This document shows, piece after piece, positions 28,430 through 41,048 of a DNA stretch of 64,000 bases. Numbering within the stretch: the first letter of the stretch is position 1; each line of letters opens with the position of its first letter. Origin of the DNA: Moniliella sp. 'wahieum' (lineage: Eukaryota); contig RSEE01000140.1 of NCBI GenBank assembly GCA_003971905.1, positions 62,001-126,000 on the forward strand, given 5' to 3'. Position numbers and translations under genes: made by a program. Below the pieces are notes generated by a model. The model did not search any database, was not told the DNA's origin, and saw only the letters and a program-made list of their open reading frames with translations.

Positions 28430-29951
28430 ATGAGCCAAATGACCCTGTATTCTGTTATTCCCTCCGTGCCCAAGCGAGGCAGCGCCGGCATCACTGCCGC
28501 ACCCGCCTCAGACGGTTCTCCGCTTCGCTTTCCTCGTGGCCCTGGCCTTTGTCCTTCTGCGTACTGGATATCGCTTCCTCTTGCCACCGCTTGGCCTGCC
28601 CGAATGTGCTGCCTGGTCTTACTTCCCACATCCTCTCACGCCTCTTCGCTCCTGCAAACCAAACGCCCAACTACCACGATTCTTTTAGCTCTATCAATGT
28701 GAGCATGACCGACCAAACCTGCAATGCCTCTTCCCTCGTCTGGGTGAAGAGCTGGATAGGAGTGTTATCTATTACCGCAAACAGCGCCAACTGTATGTCC
28801 TTATCCTTTCTCTCTGTGTGCGTGCTCGCGCAAGCTATACTAACCCGTCAGCGTCACCTTGGTGCCTACGGTGGCCCGATAGCATCACCTCCACCTACCT
28901 TGACCAGGTCTGCAACAACACAGACTGGCGCCGACGCGCGCACATCCGTGCGGTAGTGTACCGCGAGCAGCTCTTTGTCCGCTCGTACATTGACCCTGGC
29001 TTTACGAGGGGACCCGCGACCCTCGCGCTGCTCCACCAGGCCATCACTGCAAGTCCCGAACCGGTGCCTGACATTGAGCTATGCTTTGGGCTAGAGGACC
29101 GACCAGCACGCGGCACGTTTGGACTGGACCGTCCCGCTACACCAAGGTGGTGGTGGAGTGCAGACAGAGCGACGTCGGTGGGGGAAGTCTGGTTGCAACC
29201 CGACTTTGGTTTCTGACCTGGCCCGAACATGTTGGTTCCTACACTGCGCTACGGTCCAAGATCGACGTGATTGAAGCCGAGACGCCATGGAGTAACAAGA
29301 CAGCTAGCCTGCTGTGGCGCGGGAGCACCAAAGTCGTGTGTACCGGAACGGAGATCGTTGTTACAGTGACGGATGCGTACCTCTCCACCTGGTCCGACGT
29401 GCGTGCATCGATTGGGACACGGGTGCCAACGTGATACGGATGGAAGACCACTGCCGTTGGCGGTACTCGTCGCACCCGAAGGCACAACCTATACGGGTCG
29501 TCTGCGCAACCTGGCCAACTGCCGCGCAGTCGTGGTAATGCACCCGCCCAACTGGGTCACTTTTTGGATGCACCTGCTCAACCCCAATCCCAACTCGGCC
29601 GGGCAAAACGTGGTACGTACCCCGTCTTTCTTGGTGGCGTGCTAGCTTTTCTACCATCCTCTCTCGTACACTGGCCTGGGCCCGGCTTCCTGAAGTAATG
29701 GAGAACCTCTTACAGCACGAGGAGCGGTCGCACCAGATTGCGCAAAATCAGTGGGACCTGTTACGAAACCGCTACCTGACCCCCGCAGCGGTGGCATGCT
29801 ACTGGCGTCGGCGCGACCAGAGCCTACGCTAGCGTTCAGACATTTCCGTTGGATTGCGAAGTTCGGATGTGCTGTTACTGACTGGCTGCGCACCCTTTCC
29901 TCCCACACCCACGAGCCTCCAAGAAGCGATGACTCTGTCCGACTAATTTAG
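28430..29951 (+). CDS. Glycosyltransferase family 90 (CAP10/KDELC-like) membrane protein
   Basis: N-terminal hydrophobic anchor. PDIELCFGLEDRP, WLQPDFGF-TWPE, LLWRGS, IRMEDHCRW and EGTTYTGRLRNLANCRAVVVMH match the GT90 pattern. Both ends are approximate. Confidence 0.75.
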
Positions 29952-30084
29952 CCTGAACAGGCCTCCCGACATTCTTCCTTTGTTTCCACTACATGGACAA
30001 ACGTATTGTATTACACGACCATCGATGTTGAAACAAGCACTAGTCATATATAAGCCATAGACCGAAAAGCAGAGATGAACCCCT

Positions 30085-31197
30085 TTAATCCCGTACGGGG
30101 AGGGCGTCAGAAGCAGCCGAAGGGGGGTAACGGGAGCCGGGGGGGTGGGGGGGGAGCATGCGACACCGCTGCTTGCACCTTGGAAGCTGATGCGGCAGAT
30201 TGGAAGCTTCAGATTCGACCGGTACACTGGGAGGTGCCCCCGCCACAGCAGATGCAGACGTAGGAGCCGAAATAGGGGCACAAGCGTGTCTCTGTGTGGT
30301 AGGCGTAAGCTCCATCTGACCGCTCCACCGATGGTAGGAGGTACTGAGGTGGAGGCATTCATCGAGCCCCCCTCAGTGCCAGCAGGGGTGTAGGTAACAG
30401 GTCGAGTATGAAAGTCGCCAGTTTCATTCGCCTTCATCGCCAGTAGCTCTTGTTCAGCAAGAAGCGCAAGTGCCGCCCCAGGGGTGGGGGGGTAAGTGCC
30501 ATAATATGCGGTCCGTGGCCGGCCTGGCCGTTTCCGGCCATTCTCCCCCGTTGGGGGGGCGGGGCAAAGTCCGGGCCTGGGGCAACGATGGGTTGGGGGT
30601 GAGAATTGCTGGCCGAAGGTGCGGTGAAGATCATCCTTATTGAGGAAATGTTTGGGGCACCCAGGTTGTGGACAGCCAAATCGCCGCGCACCAAACTCGT
30701 TCCTTCTTCCCCGGCTTCCGATCCTCACGCTCCTGCTCCTGTCCCATCTCTCCGCTTCCCTCGGATGTGGAGATCCTCGCAGCGAGGTGGGCGCCGACAT
30801 ACCCTCAGGAATGGGGATGCGCGGTGGGGAGGCAGAAGGCGCGCGCGAGTGTGGGACAGAGAAGGACACGGGGTATGGAGGGTCGCGTTGGAAGGCAGCT
30901 GCGGGTTTGCGTCCGCGCCGGCGACCAAGGCTGCCATTTTCATGGATGCGGCGTGGCGGACAAGCTCATCGCGGCGGCTGAAGCGCTTGCCGCACCCGAG
31001 GAACTCGCACATCCATGGTTTTTCGCCCGTGTGGGTTAAGATGTGACGACGTTGGTGTTCGTAGCGGTAAAAGGCGGGGGGCAGAGAGGGCATTTGTACG
31101 GCCGCTCAGGGGGTTTCTTGGCGGCTTCGAGCGCGGCAGCAGCAGCAGCGAGATGGGTGAAGCCGTCGGAACCGTCGCCGCGGACGTTTCCGGACAT
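30085..31197 (-). CDS. CreA/Mig1-like C2H2 transcription factor with an extra downstream finger
   Basis: [51 protein letters not shown] third finger, [18 protein letters not shown], lies near 30670-30620. The 3' end is uncertain. Confidence 0.8.
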
Positions 31198-31767
31198 AGC
31201 GGTGGAGGGGGGCAGGTGGTAGCCTGGGGAGCAGCGGCCAGGGCCAGCCAGCCCCACCTGACAAAAAAATTCCCCGCACTCGGACGGAGCGGAATCAGTA
31301 ATCAGCGTGTTTCTGCGGCAGCCTCCTCGCCCAGCGGACGAGGAATAACGGCAGCACTTATAACCCGCCCCGCAGGCACAGCGACAGTCTAGCCCAAGTG
31401 CCCAAGCGTCCGTGTCACATGTCCGGCGGGGGAGGTCGGACCATGCCATGCTGTACGTAAGCGCCACTCAATTCCGCGGGGCCCCACTGGGATCATTAAA
31501 AAAAGGCTACTATTAATAACCGATCAAATCAATGGCTTCTTCCAGCAGCCGACATACCTGCAGTGGCGTGTAATAGGACAAGCATCCATTGCCTCAGATC
31601 GTAATCTAGGCTAGGTCGCTTATCGGGAAAAACACGTCTGCATCGCCACCACCGCCACTAGCGTGTCTGCCTCTGCCTCTGCCGCCACCAACCCGCACGG
31701 CCCACGCGCATATATCCACACATTTCTGTCTCTCCAACACTACGCATCCCTCCCTTCCCTTGATATT

Positions 31768-33645
31768 ATGGCCGCAGCCGCGCATGCCCAAGGACCAGAT
31801 CCCATCGGCACCACCGTTACGCTCCGTCTGCACTGCAACAATACGCTGTCGTGCCGTCTTGCCAGATCATGGTATGCTTCCTTTCCACACTACTCTTCAC
31901 ATCGTGCCTTCTGTGGATCCTCAGCTATACAGTGAACATTCGTCCGCTTTTTTGGCTTTCTGACTGGAACTTTCCTTATCAATACAGAGCAGGGGTGGTG
32001 ACTGTATGCTCACGTATGTCCTGTCCTCCGACTTTTCCCTTATCAAAAGCGACGACAAACAAGCATATTTTCTCACACTAACCCCCTCCCCACTTCGTTT
32101 TATGCTATTCTTTTTTGCTGGGTGTGGGTGGTGGTTCTTCCTTACCAACACAGACATATTCTGTGGTGAGTTTCCTCGTTTCCTCTCTTTGTAGTGTGAT
32201 GAGGGTGTTGGGGTTGGAGTTTCCGCACGCTCACGCCATCAACAGTGTCGTGTGGGTCACTTGCTTGGTCTTACGAGGGGCGCACTTGCCCAGCGTGCGA
32301 CAGCCCATTGGAAGACAAGATGGACATGGCCTTGGCCACCCTCGATCCAAGCGAGCGGTTCAAACAAGTACGTTTCCCACCCTACCTCTTATGAATGCAC
32401 GGTGTCTAACAACCTTCTCTCCCACCCCCCTTCAGTCTGTTCTAGCTGGGCTTAACCCCAAGTAGCGCTGGAGATCGCAGCGCGGAGTGTTGCCTTTTGG
32501 CTGTACAGTCTTCCCAAGAGGTGCGTTGAGAACATTGGATATATATCCAGCTCTGTGTTCACTTCTGACTTATTTCGCGGTTGGTGGAATAGATGTCTTT
32601 ACAGCACATGCTGTTGAAGCATGCTAGGGACCGGACCCAGGTATGGAAGGACCGGTACGAAAACGAGATTTCCCAAGGTCCGCATCTCTCCCGATTCCAT
32701 TCATCAACTGCTCTATGGGCCTCACACTAACACTTTCCATATTTAGCCCACGCACTAGCAGCCCAACACGAAGCTACCGCGAGCAGTATAAGCGCAAACT
32801 CGACCAGGCAAACCAGACCATTACCACGCTTCAAGTATGTTCCCTTAATGACACTCTCGGCAAAGGTTTTTTTGAGACTAAAAATTAATGTGCCACCAGC
32901 TCATGCAACCGACCGCCATTCAAAAATACCATCGCCACAGGATGCAAGGTCCAAAGGCCTTGGCCCAGTCGGAGCCCTTACCGGATGGGGGGAGCACATG
33001 GCAGGGGATACGTGCCTCATTGTACAAACCTGGTCCAGGCATATCCGTACAGAGGAGAGCTTGTCTTTGGCGCTGAAACGATCGGGGGAAGAGGGAAGGA
33101 GAAGCGTTCCCTCCAACCTCCCCACACTCTTCGCCAATGGCTTCCCCGACGTCGATAGAAGCGCATCCAACCGTTTGCGCCCAACTCTCGGAATAGCTCT
33201 TCGTCCAAGTTGCGCGTCCCAATGACTGAGGTCAAATCGCACCAACCTGCGCGAAGGCTTTCAAGTGTTGGCAAGGAAGGGGCACTACATCTTCTTCCTT
33301 TCGTGCGTTCCCCACCAATGCCCCACGGGGAGCGCACACAAGCTACGTGTCACGATCCAGTCGCGGGTCGATAGCAACAAAGTCGTGAGTCCCCAAGGGC
33401 GACCTCCCTCATCTATCCTGGATTGGGCGAAACATCAGGAGGAATGCATCGGGCAGCGATGTCGCCTACAGAGGAAGCGCTCCGTCGTCGAAGGCAGCGG
33501 AGCAAGTCCTCCCGTCCTCTTTCGCGGGTACAAACACTACTGGTTCTCGCGTTGGCGTCAACGGAAACCGTCCACCGCCCAAGGGAGGAGGTATGAACCT
33601 ATCCCAGTTCTATGGGTTGGGACCATAACATTAGGATTAGTATAA
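31768..33645 (+). CDS. HEI10: Meiotic RING E3 ligase Hei10/CCNB1IP1 (many introns, micro-exons)
   Basis: Exons 31768-31871, 31933-31941, 31988-32013, 32154-32165 and from 32246 splice in frame to LHCNNTLSC..GVVTVCSHIFCVSC..RTCPACDSPL..LDPSERFKQ|SVLAGLNP..ALEIAARSVAFWLY, followed by a coiled coil. The 3' end is uncertain. Confidence 0.85.
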
Positions 33646-34300
33646 AAAGTGTTCAACACATTCCTCGTCTCCTGCATCCACACCTTTTTCTTCAATTATA
33701 GGGTGTGACGGACGGTCGATCGACAATACCATAAGATACAGGCCTCAACCTCAGCATCATGGCAACCCGATCCACATGCATAGAGTAGCTGAATCTCAAT
33801 TACATCTGGAGTGTGGTTCCTGCCTTGTGCCTAACGGGGCCGACAGATCGTGATCCTAAAAATATATACGGCTCGCCACAGGGGGGCCCTGATCCTGATA
33901 CGATGAGGGAACGGAGAGGCGCTACTTGTCTCATTGCGTGCAAACGAAGAACTATGTAGCGGTGGGTGACTTGCACGAGAAGGCGGACGGAGACAGCAGT
34001 CCTGAGGCAGTGGTGGTGTCGCGGAGGGAGCGACAACTCATGGGGGATGTGGCGGGTTGTGTTCGCTGGTCATGTGGCTGACCGACGCGGGGCGGAACTG
34101 GGATTCCGCGGATGGGACAGCATGCATCACGTCTGCACATGCACGGCAAACCAACAGAAAATACTTGAGCTTCCGCCGGCGTGGCGCTCTGCTCTAGAAC
34201 GGGCTTCACCACTCTGCCTGCACGCCAACCACGCCGGCAGTCTGCCCACCTGGCTGGCACTCCATCCGCCGCGGCGTCCATCCCTCGCCCGCCGCCCGCC

Positions 34301-37300
34301 ATGCCATCCCCGGCACCGCCCGCTCAGCTGGGCAACTTCGACCTCGTCACCCGCTTCTCCCTTCCGTACGCCACCACCATCACAATCGAGAAGTGGGTCT
34401 CGCGCCAGACCGGCCTCTCCATATTCTGGGCCGACTTCCCCAGCCCGCTCTCGAGTGCTCCATTGTGCTCGCCACCGAGATCTTTAACGACAGCGGCTGT
34501 CCCCACACCCTCGAGCATCTCGTCTTTCTCGGCAGTGAAAAATACCCTTACAAGGGCATCCTCGATACCCTCGCCAACCGTGCCTTTGCCAATGGCACCA
34601 ATGCTTGGACCGCTACCGACCACACCGCCTACAGCTTGACAACCGCCGGCTCGGACGGCTTCTTGCGCATGCTACCCATCTACTGTGACCATGTCTTTTT
34701 CCCGACGCTCACTACCCAGGGCTTCATCACCGAGGTTTACCATGTCGATGGCCGTGCCAAGGAAGCCGGGGTCGTCTTCTCTGAGATGCAGGGCAGGGAG
34801 AACTCTTCGGGGGATCGGATGGACTTGGAGCGGAACCGGGTATTGTTTGCTCCCAATTCGGCGTATCGATCCGAGACGGGAGGGCTGATGACCAATCTCC
34901 GCAAGCTAAACGTCGACACCATCCGTCAGTACCACAAGACATATTATGCTCCGCACAATGCTGCCATCGTTCTCGCCGGCCCACTGGACCGAGAGGCATT
35001 GTTTGATCAACTGCGTGCCATCGATCAAAGTTTTGTCGGGCACAATATTTATTTCGGTCCCAAGGGCCCGCCGGATGGAAGCGCCCGTTGTAGAGTCTGT
35101 CTCGGCCCACACCGGTCATCGTTCCTACGGCTGACATCGCAAGGTGGTCGAGGTGCCGTTCCCTGACGAGGATGAGTCGATGGGTGAGTGGACATTTCGT
35201 GGGTCACGCCTCGTGCGACGGATTGGTTGACAAACCAAGCGTTGGACTTGATTGGGACCTATTTGAGTGACTCGGCCATTGCCCCCTCTCACCAAGCATT
35301 TTGTTGAGAGACCCGATCCCAAGTTTTCCTCCGTCTCGTTTTATGACGAGGAATATGTGACCTGCACCTCTCCTGTTACTCAAGTCGGTGGCCACCAAGA
35401 TTTGGCTACGATTGATGTTGAGCTGGTCGGCTTCCTGGCGGATTTGGCCGAGAAGGCCGACATCTCCCTCGAACGCATGCATACTGAGATCAAGCGTGAA
35501 AAGCTGCGCACACTTGAGCAGCTCGAATCGGCTCCCCAGAATTATCTCAACGACATGATCGTGCCTGATTTCTTGTATGGCGACCGAGAGGGGAAGGACC
35601 TGGGCGAACTGGCCAATGTGGTCGCTCGCCTGGACATGTTGGATCGGTGGACAGCTCAACAGTGGGCGGACTTGATCAAAACCTACTTGGTTGACAACCC
35701 TCGACTGGTCGTGCTCGGCCGTCCCAGCGCCAAGATGGCGAGGGAGTTGCGAGCAGAGGGAAAGGCGGCTCTGGCCCAACGCAAACAAAAGTACGGCAAG
35801 GAGGGGCTGCATCGTCTGGGCAAAGAGCTGGACGCGGCGCGGCGAGCCAATGATGCTCCGATCCCAGACAAAGTAATTACAGACTTTAAAATTCCCAGTC
35901 CCTCGACGATCCATTGGATCCCAGTTGGCGTGGGACGTTCTCTTCGACGCCAACCGCGTCAATTCCGGACCTTGGGGAGGATGTGACGTCGCTGGACACG
36001 GAGGTGCAGAATCACATTACCCACGACACGACCGACTTGCCCTTCTTCGTTCAGTTTGATCATGTCCAATCTGCCTTCCTGACGATCACGCTCGTGTTTA
36101 ACATGCACGACGTGCACCAGAGCTGTACCCCGTTCTGACCCTATTCAAATCCACCCTGTTCTCTCTCCCTGTGGAGCGGCAGGATGGGACAGAGATTGTG
36201 ATGAGCAAGGAGGAGGTGATTGAGCGGCTGAACATTGACACACTCGAGTACGGTGCCATGGAAGGCTCGCATGGCTTCCCTCCAGAAACGCTGGGAATCG
36301 AGATGCGCGCTGAGGCGAGCAAGTACCGGATCATGATTGCTTGGCTTCGGGACCTTCTGGCGGGGGGACAATTTGTACCCGAAGAGCTGGAGATCTCGCT
36401 GCGGAAGCAGATCAAAGCTCTGCCCAGCGCCAAGCGCGACGGGTCTCGTGTGGAAGCTGCAGTGTTGAACGAGATGACCCTCGATCCGACGACTCGGTCG
36501 ACTGTGGCGCAAAATGCGCTTTTTGCTCGGATGGTCAACCTACCGGCCCAACTTGCGCTTCTTGCTCCGACTGAAGGTCAGGGTGCACCACAGCCAGAAA
36601 GCTGGTGGATCAGCTCCGCCAGTTACGCACACATTTACTCCAGCCGCGTAACTTGCGTGTCCATGTTGCGGGCAACATCTTGGCCCTGTCAGAGCCCAAG
36701 AAGGACTGGGCGGACGCACGGTTTGGCTTACCAGCATGGTGGGATACGCCCAGTACACTCGACTTGAGTACTGCACCCGTGGATTCGGTCAAGAATGTGC
36801 GGAGCGCCTGGGCGCTGCGCCTGCGCGCCACGTGGTCGTCTGCTCCGTCCCGTCGATCGAGAGTTCGTACGCAACATTTGTAGCCAAAGGACCTACTAGC
36901 TTCCACGACCCCGAGTACCCGCGTTGATGGTGGCGGTGGCGGTGTTGAACGCGCTCGAGGGTTTCTGTGGCGGTTCATCCGCGGTGCTGGCTTGCGTATG
37001 GTGCGTCGCTCGCGTTTGGTCCTAGCTCAGGGTACGTGCGTTTCACCCTTTCGCGCTCGCCAAATGCTGCGGATGCGTATCTGGAGGCGCGGCGATTGTT
37101 GCGCGCCCTGAGTGGTGATGCGTCGGCACTGCGTGAGGGGGAGCATCTGGCGATCGACGATAAGATGGTGCAATCAGCCAAGAGCAGTTTGGTGTGTGGG
37201 GTGGCAGAGGAGCAAGCCTCGGGGCCGCGACGGCCGACAAGACGTTTGTGGAGACGGTCCTTCAAGGGACTGGAAAGAACTACGGTCGTCGTCAGTTGGC

Positions 37301-37608
37301 CCGGATGGAGAGCGTGACGGTGGCGGAAGTACAGCAGGCGATTGCCAAGTACCTGGTGCCTCTCTTTGATCCAGCCCAGTCGTTGGCCTCGGTTGCTGCC
37401 GCACCGATGTAGCGCACAAGATTGAGACACAGTTGACCAAGGTGGGATACCAAGTATCTCGCCGTGAACTGGCTGCGGACGAGAAGACCGAGGCGGATGG
37501 GGAGGAAGAGGAGGAAGGGTCGAGCACCGACGAGAGCGAAGAGGAGAGGAGGAGGAGGAGGAGGACACGGACATGGACGAGTCGGACGAGTCGACGGAGT
37601 CGCACTGA
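34301..37608 (+). CDS. M16-family zinc metalloprotease (Sdd3/YOL098C-like)
   Basis: Inverted zinc motif HTLEH in DSGCPHTLEHLVFLGSEKYPYKG. Also NAWTATDHTAY, GVVFSEMQGRE, YRSETGG, YHKTYYAPHN and RFIRGAGLAYGA, with an acidic tail. Confidence 0.9.
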
Positions 37609-39480
37609 CGTCTTCTATTTACACATCAGCGCAGGAGGGGGCTCCTTATTCAGTCTCGCTACGAATCTATGCTTGAACTACTTCAGCGATATCATGATGA
37701 TGAAAATGGCAGGTATACTCAGGGGACACAATAGGGGACAGAGGTAGAGAGTCCATGCCAACCCGCCGTCGCGATGGTAAAAAGCAGGTGAGTTGGCAAG
37801 GCTGGAGTGCGCGCCCCCACAGATGAAAGTTCCTGAGGCACGGGGTGGATTAACTGTCAATTGACCTTACTTCCGAACATCTCTACTATAGTGTGTTTTG
37901 TTCAGTCTGTGCGCACGGGCGGTGACTGTAGCGGCATACTACGGCAGGCAGACGGCGCGGTCTGAGCTACCAGAAGCAGATCAGCGAAAACGACAACGAT
38001 CAAACTTGAGCGAAGAGGTGGGGGTGGCTAGTAGGAAGAACAGAGAGGAAAGCACCAGCGGTGTGTGCCTCTTACCCAACACGAGCACAGCTTAAAGCCT
38101 ATTCTTGGCAAAGCCATCTGAATTCGTCCATCACCAAGCAGAGGTGCAGTCAGCCAGCGTGATGGCAAGTCTTTCTGGCACCGTAACGACGATGGGCGCC
38201 CCATCACAGACACGACGCTCGGCAGGCTCAAAACAGATTCAAATGGGTCACCCCGCACGGGAGGAGAGGTAGTAGGAGGGGAATCCATCGGTAGTATATA
38301 GCCCAATCTTGGTGGCCACGCATCATAAGCACAGGAGTACGAATGAACAGCGAAGAAGAACGAACCATAAGCAGGAGTGTTCTGAAACCTTCACCACTGT
38401 CTATCCCACTTCGTGCGCAGAAGTGGCGTTTGGAACGACCCAAACAGTTGCCTGTTGGCACAGCAAAGTAAAAAGCATACTGCTTAATTGGTGCACCTAC
38501 ATCCTTCATCTATCCAGAGGTCCTTCTTCCATAACCCGTGGATTTTCGACGTGCCACCCAACTATATATTAGACGCCAGTGTCTCGACGGATGCCTTGCC
38601 TGGGGTGGTCTCGTTTTTTGTCCCGTCTAGATCTCATCCGGACTCTCGTGTCACCTGTCGGGCGTCGTTCGTCAAGGATCTGATGCCTTGGTGGGGTCTC
38701 CGTCTGGGGGGCACAGCGACCTTCTGACACTCTCGAAGAAGAGTGCCTGTGGTTGCGTCCAAACCAGCTATACCGGGGCAGTCCCGTCTCATCGGAGATT
38801 CTTCCCATTGAGAACACATCTTTATAGTAGTATTAATAGATCGTGAGATGCGCGGTGTGGATCGTGCATGCCGACGCACTGGCGGCCAGTTTCGGGACTG
38901 GAGTAGTACTATTAGGCTCAGACGTCCGACCAGACGATGGAGTGGGGCCACGAGCATGCGGCCGAGTGGTTGGAGGGAGGGCAGGTCACGCAAGGAAGGG
39001 GAGGCTGTCTGGTGTTGAGCTTCTTTCGGCGTCGGGGGGCCTCAGCTCGTGTCACGCGTCACGTGCAATTCGATGTGCTGCTGGCCCGAGCAGGGCGTGC
39101 GAGCTGTGAAGCGTGCCGCTTGCAGCACCGGACACAAGCGTCTGGCGGGGGGCACCCTACTGGCCAGGCCCACCCGCACACAGTAGCGCGCCCTGCACAC
39201 AAGCGTCGGCAGTAGTAGGTAGCCGGGTAACATGTGGCATGTGCCACACTTCCCTCACGCCCTAACCCACCCCCCTCGATGTGAGACAGACTGAAACAGG
39301 GTATTTTTTATTTTTGGGTGTTGATGCATGATGCATGATATGCTTTTCCCTACCTATGACGGGCTCCCGACCCAATCCAGTTAAATACTGCCGCCCGCAC
39401 CTCTTCTCGCCCTCCTCCTCACCACCACCATCCATCCATCCCCTCACCTACCCGCTACCCAGTCGCCTCATAACGAGATC

Positions 39481-41048
39481 ATGCCTGCATCCAGCAACGC
39501 AGCCCACGCCAGCGGCAGTGCGCCGTTCCATTCCAGCGCCAATAAGCGCGCCCGGGCCGATATGGAGGCCGATGATATCTTTGAATCCGACATCCTTGAC
39601 CGGCCGGCAAAGCGAGTATGTACCCTTCTTCCTTTCCCTCACACTGGGCCACACAGCCACCCTAACACGAAAGAACAGCTTCCGACGGTCCATTCACCCC
39701 CCTTACCAGCCCCCCCGCCGCGCCTGCTTCATCCAGCCCCAGGGCCAAGCGCCAGTTTTCGTTCCTGGGGGACGAGGATGAGGATGAGGACACAGGGCCT
39801 CGTACCCCCCGTTTTATCAAGAAGCTGCGATCAAACCCCATCCCCAAACCTGAGCCCAAGTGGAAGTCGAAGCTCAAGGCTACGTTGCGCGCGAGCGGGT
39901 GGAGGTGCCCGGCGAACGATTTCTGTTTCCGCCACATGCCCAACAGGAGCATGAGCAGAGGGATCGGAATCAGTGGGAGCGTACCGCCATTTTCAATGCC
40001 GACCTTGACGCGATCCTCGAACGGTTTGAAGAAAATCTCCAAAAGTTTGGAGCCACAGAGTGGGACGACAACACCGCCTCCTCCTCCGAATCTTCAGACG
40101 AGGAGTGGGACGGGGAGGTGAGTGAGGAATACTCTGAGCCCGATGAGTCCTCGGTGCAGGACCTGATCAACATGGGGGCGCCACGCCCGTTTGCACTGAA
40201 CGACGATTTCTTCTGTCCCACCGAGTCGGAGCAAGAGGACGAGGCGGACACAACCAACAGTGGACCCCAAGCCCACACCTTGAGTCCCATTTGTTTTTCT
40301 CACCCTCCCCCACATTGGCGGAAAGGATGAGGTGAACGAAGCTGCATCTGCAAGCAACGACGACCCTCCGAGTCCTACACTTCCGCCTATGGCTCCCAAC
40401 GACCGGGAGGGAAGTGGAGAAACTGATTCGTATGAAGAAGACGAAAGTGATGTGCGCCTCTTCCCTCACCCTGATCCCCTTCGCCCCTTCGCCCCAGGCT
40501 GTGCACGGACGAACGGCGACAGGTTCCGTCCCTTCTGGTACGGCACCCTTCTTTCTTCCCAATACACACTGCAGGAGTTTGCAGCGCAGCAAGTGGGAGG
40601 CCCATCGCTCCACCATCTGTCCAAGAAGCAGCAAAGCAAGTTTTTCAACGGCCGGGAATGGAACCGCCACCAATTGAAACCGAAGATTGCAGCTGCCTTG
40701 GAGAAGGACCCGCGGAGCGTGGTCGTGTGGCGCGTGGAGGCGAGGCCGCTCAAACAGCCATGCGAGCCAGCTCACCTTGTCGAGGCCAAGATGCTGACTG
40801 AGTTTGGCTGCAGTGTTACGTGGCCAATGCCCCATAACACGCAAGCCGGAGTGCTGGGCATCGAACTGATCCCGGTGGATAACACGGGCCGGCACTGGCC
40901 CCCTTGGCTGACCAAGGTGATGGGGATGGATGCACACTACTTGGCCAACCTGGAGCCTGGCCTCCACCTCTTTGTCGTGGCCCTGATCGACGTGCCTACT
41001 TTTTTCCCACCTGAACCAAAACGGCGGAAGAACACTCAATCTGCCTAG
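39481..41048 (+). CDS. Hypothetical protein (acidic/Pro-rich N-terminal half, globular-looking C-terminal domain)
   Basis: ATG after a pyrimidine tract, clear intron 39616-39678 (gtatgt..ctaac..cag), and chained ORFs 39860-40330 and 40332-41048 with protein-like composition. No family recognised. Confidence 0.55.

Noticed and set aside
31768..33645. Mating-type locus suggested by the meiotic gene
   Set aside because: No pheromone precursor, STE3-type receptor or homeodomain gene was recognised in the window.
38530..38560. RNase T2-like IHGLW motif on the minus strand
   Set aside because: The following Pro and the second catalytic motif are not found, and the frame is closed by nearby stops.
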